Below are positions 9,278-15,970 of a DNA stretch of 64,000 bases, piece by piece. The DNA is from an uncultured Ruficoccus sp. (lineage in GTDB: Bacteria > Verrucomicrobiota > Verrucomicrobiia > Opitutales > Cerasicoccaceae), in NCBI GenBank assembly GCA_965140785.1, contig OZ223475.1, forward strand, positions 64,001 through 128,000, given 5' to 3'. Each line of letters opens with the position of its first letter. Positions within the stretch are counted from its first letter, which is position 1. Under the pieces are notes generated by a model. The model was not told where the DNA came from, did not search any database, and saw nothing but the letters and a program-made list of their open reading frames with translations. A program made the position numbers and the translations under genes.

Positions 9278-10212
9278 TGAGCAGTGGGGCAGACTGGCAA
9301 TACACGATTCACAGCTCGTTAGACGACGCTGGGCTAGCCGCTAAGCCGTTTCGGGTGCTCTGCCATGTCTTGAGGCGCGGCAACTGCACTGAGAGCGTTG
9401 AAAACATGGCGAAGCATGTTGGGTTCAGTGCGAAATGCGTTCGAGAGGCGTTGCGTGAATTGATAGCCGAGCGCGGCATGATCGAGCGCCAGACGCGGAA
9501 AGGGCGTACATCCATTTATCGAGGGTTGCCCCCTGAGAGGTGGAAAACGAACCCCTCCCCAAAATCGCAAGGGGTACCCAAAACCGTAAGGGGTGGGGTA
9601 TCCAAAATCGACAGGGGGGACTCTCCGAAAACGACAGGGGACCCCTCCCCAAAACCGACAGACGAAGGAAATCCTATTAAGGAAATAAAGAAGGAAGGAG
9701 GGGAGGAAGGAAGCCCACCCCCCGCCATGCTTTCTTTTGATGGATATGAGGCAGCAGATGTTTTCCCGTCGAAATGGCCCGAGATCCTGCAAGCTCTCTC
9801 ATCCATCGAAAATCCCGACGAGCATACCCGCAGACGTATTGCTGTGGCTCGTCTTTGTCACAGTCGTCGAGATAGCTACAACCCGACCCCGGAAGAGATC
9901 GACGGGGAGTTGGCACGCATGATAACCGGCGCTGGAAACTTCGGTACAGTGGGCAGCAAAAGCAGCGGGCGAAACACTGGAACAGCAAACGAAGGAACGC
10001 GCTACGGACGAACTGACCGTGGAGCCGAAATTTTAGACAGACTCACCGAAGCCGAACTGAGGGCTCTTGAGTCACTTCCCGAGCCTGAACAATGGGAAGA
10101 ATTTATGAGCGAGGTATACAAACAGCAAAGGAAGTGGGAAACCGTATCGGAATACCTCAGGCCGCAACTGACAGCCGAGTGTAACGCTTGGGTGCAGGAC
10201 CGTACTTTCTGA
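9277..10212 (+). CDS. Phage-type replication initiator (N-terminal HTH, lambda O / replisome-organiser architecture)
   Basis: N-terminal wHTH-like segment ESVENMAKHVGFSAKCVREALREL, followed by a low-complexity linker encoded by iteron-like DNA repeats. Confidence 0.7.
   Translation: MSSGADWQYTIHSSLDDAGLAAKPFRVLCHVLRRGNCTESVENMAKHVGFSAKCVREALRELIAERGMIERQTRKGRTSIYRGLPPERWKTNPSPKSQGVPKTVRGGVSKIDRGDSPKTTGDPSPKPTDEGNPIKEIKKEGGEEGSPPPAMLSFDGYEAADVFPSKWPEILQALSSIENPDEHTRRRIAVARLCHSRRDSYNPTPEEIDGELARMITGAGNFGTVGSKSSGRNTGTANEGTRYGRTDRGAEILDRLTEAELRALESLPEPEQWEEFMSEVYKQQRKWETVSEYLRPQLTAECNAWVQDRTF
9551..9694 (+). repeat. Iteron-like repeats plus A-rich tract (putative origin)
   Basis: Five imperfect copies approximating CC(C/G)AAAAYCGACAGGGG, then AAATCCTATTAAGGAAATAAAG. 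Confidence 0.65.
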
Positions 10213-10264
10213 TGCCCCATTTACACCCTTGACAAATATACGCATTATGAGGATATTTAAAGAC

Positions 10265-10564
10265 GTGATTTTCATTGAGACCCCGATCTTTACCGATGAC
10301 TGGAATGATGAGGGCTTGGAAGATGAACAGCTACGAGCTTTGCAGAACGAAATCCTGCAAGGCAAAGGCGACATTATGCCGGGCACGGGTGGTTTCAGGA
10401 AAATCCGTATGGCCCGGAAGGGAGGCGGCAAGAGCGGCGGCTATCGAGTGATTTACTATCTCCAGACAGCCGACTTTTGCTTCTTGGTGTATTTCTACGC
10501 GAAAAACAAACAGGTCAACCTTACTCCCAAGCAGGCCAAGGAACTAAAGAAACTGATCGAATGA
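10265..10564 (+). CDS. RelE-superfamily toxin, HigB2-like
   Basis: (V)IFIETPIFT, GDIMPGTGGFRKIR, GKSGGYRVIYY, YAKNKQVNLT; GTG start chosen, ATG 10247 possible. Confidence 0.9.
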   Translation: MIFIETPIFTDDWNDEGLEDEQLRALQNEILQGKGDIMPGTGGFRKIRMARKGGGKSGGYRVIYYLQTADFCFLVYFYAKNKQVNLTPKQAKELKKLIE

Positions 10565-10857
10565 AAGGGACGGTTATGGATAACAAAGACTTTAAGCGCC
10601 TGAAAGATTCCGTACGCCAGATGAAGGCCATCCAAAACGGCGAAATGCCCGCCGGGCGCGTTACCATGCGCCGGGGCCGCGCTCCCGCCGTGGAAACGGA
10701 AATCGCCCGTATCCGGCTGGAGACAGGCTTATCCCAAGCCGCCTTTGCCAAGAAGCTGAAAACGCCCCTCAAGACCTATCAGGGGTGGGAGCAGGGACGC
10801 GCAACGCCCCCCGTTGCCCTGGTAGCTGCCAGGCTCTTGAAAGAGACCGTCTCCTAA
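10561..10857 (+). CDS. XRE-HTH antitoxin, HigA2-like
   Basis: ATGA overlap with the toxin; IRLETGLSQAAFAKKL...TYQGWEQGR. Confidence 0.88.
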   Translation: MKGTVMDNKDFKRLKDSVRQMKAIQNGEMPAGRVTMRRGRAPAVETEIARIRLETGLSQAAFAKKLKTPLKTYQGWEQGRATPPVALVAARLLKETVS

Positions 10858-10861
10858 CCCG

Positions 10862-10888
10862 AAGCCCTGCCATGCGCGGGGCTTTTTT
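10862..10888 (+). terminator. Intrinsic terminator after the TA operon
   Basis: AAGCCCTGC-CATGC-GCGGGGCTT followed by a T run. Confidence 0.75.
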
Positions 10889-10928
10889 GTGGCTGGACCT
10901 AATAGGTGACTGTGATAGTTCTAAACTC

Positions 10929-11819
10929 ATGGCTAAGAAGCTGTCCCCGATCCAAGCAGCCTTACTCCGCTTCAACGGCATTGATCCAGACGGGTTAGAT
11001 ACCCTCGACTATGAAATTGAACTGGATAATCTCAGTAAGCACGGTGACCGTCGCCTGATAGACATCTGGCAAGACTACCGAGGCGAGCATGAAGAAGAGA
11101 TTTTGAAAGAAGGGCCGGAAGTCGTGCCATTTGGGATTGGAGAGCGTTTACTTAAAGAGAAGTTGAGTAAGCCCAAAGTACCTACACCAAAGAAAGCGCC
11201 AACTAAGATTGTTCTGTCAAAAACACAGGCAGAAAGCCGAGAAGGCAAAGAATTGGTTCAACTGATTTGTCGTACATGCAGTTCTACCGAGCTATCAAAA
11301 GACGACCTTAAGAAATTGCGATCTGAAGTCACGAAATACGAAAAGACATGGGATGGCCACGGGGGTGTCATATTCTTGATCGGGCAAATAAACATGCACA
11401 TTGCCGACATGCAGGGCAATGCCCTCTCCTTGGAGCAAAGGATTGCGCTAGAGAACGCCATGCTTCGGCTTCTACCAAAATCCATGAGGGACAATACATC
11501 TATTGCCATCTCTAAACGCCTGGAGAGTGAGCCGATTTCAAAAGGGCAAATTAGTATGCTTCAGTTTTATGGGGTGACGGATAGTCTTGAGGGCATGTTT
11601 TTTGCTGAGGCTAAACGCAGAATTGATGAACTCGGAGTAGCTGACCTAAAGCAGCATATGGCCCGACAAAAAGCAGGCCGGAAAAAAAGAATGAAAGAGG
11701 TGAAGCGGGAAATAGGGCTTCGGGACGCACAAAAGTCTGGATGTGCCCTCATTATCGGCTTGGCTGTGCTCTTGCTCGTTTTGGGAACTGGAGTTGTTGT
11801 TGCATCACAACTGCCATAG
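10929..11819 (+). CDS. Hypothetical protein with C-terminal membrane anchor (296 aa)
   Basis: MAKKLSPIQ... start downstream of the terminator; ends ALIIGLAVLLLVLGTGVVVA; lower GC. Confidence 0.7.
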   Translation: MAKKLSPIQAALLRFNGIDPDGLDTLDYEIELDNLSKHGDRRLIDIWQDYRGEHEEEILKEGPEVVPFGIGERLLKEKLSKPKVPTPKKAPTKIVLSKTQAESREGKELVQLICRTCSSTELSKDDLKKLRSEVTKYEKTWDGHGGVIFLIGQINMHIADMQGNALSLEQRIALENAMLRLLPKSMRDNTSIAISKRLESEPISKGQISMLQFYGVTDSLEGMFFAEAKRRIDELGVADLKQHMARQKAGRKKRMKEVKREIGLRDAQKSGCALIIGLAVLLLVLGTGVVVASQLP

Positions 11820-11994
11820 GGGGGGCAAATCTCTGGAGGGAACGGCCCTGACACCGACCGTGAAGCTTAGAAAAAAATTCGCCCAAATTTTAAGAGGGGG
11901 GGGGTAAGGGGGGTACCCCTAAAAACTTCATGTGTTTTTTTTCGCACTTACAGCACGGTGTCAGAGCTATAGGGTCTAGGTATTTTCACACCCC
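11819..11994. other. Two oppositely oriented cos-like (terminase packaging) sequences
   Basis: G-run/AAA...CTGACACCG...A7-8...GGGG layout on + (core 11848-11856) and on - (core 11964-11956), meeting at GGGGTACCCC. Confidence 0.5.
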
Positions 11995-12053
11995 ATGCCT
12001 ATAGGCACACGCTATTGAATGCCTTGAAGGCAGACACATTTCTTTTCAGGCGT

Positions 12054-12368
12054 TCATGCCTCAGCTTCTACGCTCTCAAGAAGCTGCTGTGCTAGGCGAC
12101 GTGCCACCGCAGGAGGGAGGTATGCGCATGCCGACTCTTGACCCCAGCCCATAATCAAGCAAGGGCATCCGGTACCATCGGCATTAGGTTCTACATTGAT
12201 TGTGCATTCCTGACCGCCGTTTCCCCCGTAAACGGTTGGCGTGGAGAGCTGTCCGAATTCTTCGGTAATGAGGCCCTTTATTCGTTCGATAACTGAAACG
12301 CTACGTTGGGCAGGCAGTATCCCGATGGCGTTGCCGATCGAATACATCTCGTCATCTATCTTTTTCAC
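12054..12368 (-). CDS. Hypothetical protein (104 aa)
   Basis: GTG start preceded by AAAGGAAAG; ends AVARRLAQQLLESVE, a pattern typical of small phage proteins. Confidence 0.6.
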   Translation of the reverse strand: MKKIDDEMYSIGNAIGILPAQRSVSVIERIKGLITEEFGQLSTPTVYGGNGGQECTINVEPNADGTGCPCLIMGWGQESACAYLPPAVARRLAQQLLESVEAEA

Positions 12369-12463
12369 AGTGCTTTCCTTTGATTTAGGTTTGTATGGGA
12401 TTTGTATGTAACAAAACAGGCAAATCCATAACTAGCCTATAACAAGGAACTTACAAAAAACAT

Positions 12464-12548
12464 TGGTGCTCAGGGAGGGATTCGAACCCTCACACCTTGC
12501 GGCACTGCCGCCTGAAGACAGCGTGTCTGCCAATTCCACCACCTGAGC
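12464..12548 (-). tRNA. tRNA-Leu(CAG)
   Basis: GCTCAGG...CCTGAGC-A-CCA acceptor, anticodon loop TT-CAG-GC, long variable arm, GGTTCGAATCC. Confidence 0.97.
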
Positions 12549-12631
12549 AGCTGTGAAAAGGTGGACAAAATCGTGCGCGGGGGAAACTGTCAAGCGACTT
12601 TCCGCACTTCGTCAGGAAAAAACGTGAGGGG

Positions 12632-13366
12632 TCAGGATTTGGGCAGGTAGTCACGGATGGCGGGCAGGGCGATTTCGCGGTGACCGGAGGGCAGGCGGGC
12701 CAGGTAGACGTCGGCCTTTGGGGTGAGGTCGATGACCTCATCGGGCAGTTCGTCCTCGTCCAGCTCCAGCTCGTCGATGGGGTCGAGATTGTCAAAAACA
12801 TGGCTGAGCCGCCGCGGTTCGGGGTGGAGCAGGCGCGGTGGATTGGCGACCTTGCCCTTTTTTACCAGCTCGAAGAGGCAGGGAAAGTGGCGCTTTTTAA
12901 AGCTCAGCTCAAAGTCCCGCATCCATTTATTGCTGGCGTCCTCGCGGCGGTTGAGCAGCACGCAGTCGCAGAAGTGGATCAGCGCCTCGAACCAGGGGCC
13001 GAGCGCCGGTTCCTTTTCTGCCAGGGCGCAGTCGATGACAGCGATCACACGCTGGAGTTCGGCCCCGGTTGCGCCGAGCCAGCGTTTGAAGACCTCGATC
13101 TCATCACGAAAGTCTCCGCTGCCGTTGGCGAGGTAGAAAACGGTCGCTCCGGCGTCCGGAGCGGGGGCGAGCCCGTCGTCCTCGCGCTCGATGATCTCGA
13201 CCTGGGGCAGGGCCGCCAGTTGCTCGTCAAAGGACGAATCGGCCTCCGTGGCCGAGAGGATAATATTGACGGGCTGGTTGGGCTCCAGACCGCCCTCGAT
13301 GAGGTCGAGGACGACTTCGCGTCGACCGGCGCCGGGCGTGCCGAGGATGAGATAGGCTTCGGTCAT
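12632..13366 (-). CDS. Hypothetical protein, degenerate CobW/G3E GTPase-like fold
   Basis: YLILGTPGAGRRE (Walker A-like with K replaced by R), VIAVIDC, CDCVLLNRRE. Confidence 0.65.
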   Translation of the reverse strand: MTEAYLILGTPGAGRREVVLDLIEGGLEPNQPVNIILSATEADSSFDEQLAALPQVEIIEREDDGLAPAPDAGATVFYLANGSGDFRDEIEVFKRWLGATGAELQRVIAVIDCALAEKEPALGPWFEALIHFCDCVLLNRREDASNKWMRDFELSFKKRHFPCLFELVKKGKVANPPRLLHPEPRRLSHVFDNLDPIDELELDEDELPDEVIDLTPKADVYLARLPSGHREIALPAIRDYLPKS

Positions 13367-13436
13367 GAAAAGGGAAATATAATGCGGTTATCGGTCGGGC
13401 TCAATCAAGCGCCCCAAATAAGTGGCACGCGAAGGG

Positions 13437-14543
13437 TCACGGCTGACGGCCCTGATGGGCCATCCACAGGTCGGTCAGGACCAGCCAGGTCATGGCTTCG
13501 ACGATGGGGACGGCACGGGGCACCACGCAGGGGTCGTGCCGTCCGCGTCCGATCAACTCGGTCTCGGCCCCGGAGGTGTCCACTGTGGACTGTGGTTTCA
13601 TGATCGTCGCGGTGGGCTTGAAGCCGACCCGGAAGTACAGCTCCTCGCCGTTGCTGATCCCGCCCTGGACGCCGCCGGAGCGGTTCGAGCGGGTGCGTAT
13701 TTGGCCGCCCTTGTTTTCGAAAAGGTCGTTGTGGTCGGAGCCCTTCATTTGGGTGCCGGTAAAACCGCTGCCGATCTCGAAGGCCTTGGTCGCCGGGAGC
13801 GAGAGCATGGCCTTGCCCAGTTCGGCTTCCAGCCGGTCGAAGACCGGTTCACCCAGGCCGACGGGCAGCCCGCGCACGCGGCAGACAATGACCCCGCCGA
13901 CCGAATCACCCGCCGAGCGGGCCTCCTTGATGCGGGCGATCATCTTTTCGGCCATGGCCGGGTCCGGGCAGCGCACGGCGGAGGCTTCGACCTGCTCCAG
14001 GGTGGGGAAGGAAAGCTGGGGCGCTTCGCCACTGCCGAAGTCGTCCAGCCCGAGCGTGTGGATACGCTCGACATAGGCACGCACCTCGACGGCTCCCGCC
14101 TGCGCCAGGAGTGCCTTTTGAGCGACGGCCCCGGCGGCGACCCGGCCAATGGTCTCGCGGGCCGAGGAGCGCCCGCCGCCCTCGTGGTTGCGGATGCCGT
14201 ACTTGCTCTGGTAGGTATAGTCGGCATGCGAGGGGCGGAATTTGTCCTTCATCTCCGAGTAGGCCTCGGGCCGGTGGTCGGAGTTGGGCACGGTGATGGC
14301 GATGGGGGTGCCCAGGGTGCGGCCTTCGTACACACCGGAAACGATGGTGGCAGTGTCGGTTTCCTTGCGGGGGGTGGTGATGTCGCTCTGGCCGGGGCGG
14401 CGGCGGTCCAGCGCGGGCTGGATATCGTCCTGCGCGCTCAGGGGCAGATTGGGCGGGCAGCCGTCGATGACGACGCCGATGCCGCCCCCGTGGCTTTCGC
14501 CCCAGGTGCTGATACGGAAGAACTTGCCGAAGCTATTACCCAT
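13437..14543 (-). CDS. aroC: Chorismate synthase
   Basis: [45 protein letters not shown]. Confidence 0.98.
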   Translation of the reverse strand: MGNSFGKFFRISTWGESHGGGIGVVIDGCPPNLPLSAQDDIQPALDRRRPGQSDITTPRKETDTATIVSGVYEGRTLGTPIAITVPNSDHRPEAYSEMKDKFRPSHADYTYQSKYGIRNHEGGGRSSARETIGRVAAGAVAQKALLAQAGAVEVRAYVERIHTLGLDDFGSGEAPQLSFPTLEQVEASAVRCPDPAMAEKMIARIKEARSAGDSVGGVIVCRVRGLPVGLGEPVFDRLEAELGKAMLSLPATKAFEIGSGFTGTQMKGSDHNDLFENKGGQIRTRSNRSGGVQGGISNGEELYFRVGFKPTATIMKPQSTVDTSGAETELIGRGRHDPCVVPRAVPIVEAMTWLVLTDLWMAHQGRQP

Positions 14544-14580
14544 GCCGCCACAATGACGGTGCCCCGGCTTCGGTAAAAGT

Positions 14581-14922
14581 CTAAAATTGCCGGGCGATGA
14601 GCCGGGTCAGTTCTCCCTGCAGTTTCTCCAACTCCGGGCGGGAGCGGTGGCGCAGGATCCCGGCCACGCGCTGGAGAAAGTCCTCGGGCGCATAGTTGGC
14701 GGTTTCCATCAAGAAAAGTAACAGCCCGTCGCGGTGAATCTGGTAGGTACGGCGGCGAATCTGGGACGAACGGGCGTTGGAAGCGTGGCCCAGGATGCGC
14801 TGGTTGTCGAAGGCGTCCCGCACGTACTGGTCGGACTTACCGATGATGGCGGCGACTTCCTTGGGTGAAAACCACTCCTGGTCTTCGGGTAGCAAAAAGG
14901 CGAAATGGTCGTTGGCTCTCAT
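14581..14922 (-). CDS. Excisionase-like HTH DNA-binding protein
   Basis: [25 protein letters not shown] and RRTYQIHR wing. Confidence 0.7.
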   Translation of the reverse strand: MRANDHFAFLLPEDQEWFSPKEVAAIIGKSDQYVRDAFDNQRILGHASNARSSQIRRRTYQIHRDGLLLFLMETANYAPEDFLQRVAGILRHRSRPELEKLQGELTRLIARQF

Positions 14923-14938
14923 GGCGGAAGCGGGTCAC

Positions 14939-15190
14939 TCAATGCAGGCCGGCCGGGCGGCGAGGGGCGGAAAAGCGCATAGCCAGCTTGATCGCATGCG
15001 AGCGTTTCTCCACGTCCCGGAGGGTTTGGGCCTGCTCCCGCAGTTGACCGGCGATGGCTTCACTCGGGAGAAACTCGGCAAGATCTTCGTAGAGGTCGGC
15101 CCGGCTGGCGACGGGTTCGGTTTCGAGTTTACTGAGGATGTAGTCGACGAGGCGATTCGCAGCAGTGCGGTTCGTTGCAGGCGTATTCAT
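14939..15190 (-). CDS. Hypothetical small protein (83 aa)
   Basis: ATG 15190 MNTPATNRT..., helical, GC-rich like core genes, 16 bp upstream of the HTH gene. Confidence 0.6.
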   Translation of the reverse strand: MNTPATNRTAANRLVDYILSKLETEPVASRADLYEDLAEFLPSEAIAGQLREQAQTLRDVEKRSHAIKLAMRFSAPRRPAGLH

Positions 15191-15364
15191 GACGGGCTCA
15201 GGGCAACCAGACCCTGGGAGGGCGGTGACATGATTAATTAATGTTAAATGATATAAATGCGTTTTTGGTTGTCTTGGAGTGATAAAAGACAATACTGGAA
15301 TAATTAGTGTTGTAAATGAAAAAAGTGGAAAAATTCTACTTTGTGATAGAAAAAATCCATAGTT

Positions 15365-15889
15365 ATGCGACGGACATCCTCCACTCCCAAGATTGACGCG
15401 CAACAGTTCAGCCTGCGCTTTCGGCTCCTGATGAGCTACCATGACCTTACCCTGAGGGATATTGCAAATAGTACTAATAATGCTATTTCTACGGTTGGAA
15501 CCTGGAAAAACGGCCGCGTGCCCGCTTCCCCCGACACACACGAGAGACTGGCCTCCCTTTTTGGGGTCAGTGTGGAATTTCTCCTGTATGGCAATGATGA
15601 GAGTGGAAATATTCCACGGTCGGATCCTGTCAGTCATGTCCTGCGAGATATCGAGGGTGTGCTGGGCGAAATTGACGAGGCATCGGGGGCCTATGAGCCA
15701 GCCGGGAGCTTCCAGGGGCTCTCTCGTTCGGGCCTCGACGAGGAGGGAGTGCCGTATCGGCGTTCCCGCATTGAGGGCTACCTTCGCCAGTTTCTGGACC
15801 GGGCTGAGGCGCAGCCGGGAGGGTTGGCCCACACCTGGTACCACCTTAAGCGGGAGTTCCCGCTGGACCTTTTTTCACGATTGGGATGA
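15365..15889 (+). CDS. XRE/cI-like HTH transcriptional regulator
   Basis: LTLRDIA...ISTVGTWKNGRVP...ERLASLFGVSVEFLLYG. Confidence 0.85.
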   Translation: MRRTSSTPKIDAQQFSLRFRLLMSYHDLTLRDIANSTNNAISTVGTWKNGRVPASPDTHERLASLFGVSVEFLLYGNDESGNIPRSDPVSHVLRDIEGVLGEIDEASGAYEPAGSFQGLSRSGLDEEGVPYRRSRIEGYLRQFLDRAEAQPGGLAHTWYHLKREFPLDLFSRLG

Positions 15890-15970
15890 TCTCCATGTTC
15901 TGGGAGCCGCCTATTCTCGGCGGTGACTTCCCGCTTGTTTTTTTGGGTACGGGTGCAGTAGGGTAAGTTG

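Larger units (their letters stand above)
6520..12480. mobile_element. Integrative element in tRNA-Leu(CAG), putative PICI-like phage satellite
   Basis: 17-bp direct repeats, tyrosine integrase at one end, Xis-like HTH, Rep, TA pair, cos-like motifs, no structural genes. Confidence 0.85.

Noticed and set aside
9551..9664. Repeats considered as a mini CRISPR array
   Set aside because: Units are under 20 bp, degenerate, nearly adjacent, inside a CDS, and no cas genes are present
12680..14576. + strand ORFs of 307 and 384 aa
   Set aside because: Antisense to aroC and the CobW-like gene
14939..15844. 301-aa minus-strand ORF
   Set aside because: Its 5' two-thirds overlap the XRE gene and the AT-rich spacer; only the last 83 codons look coding
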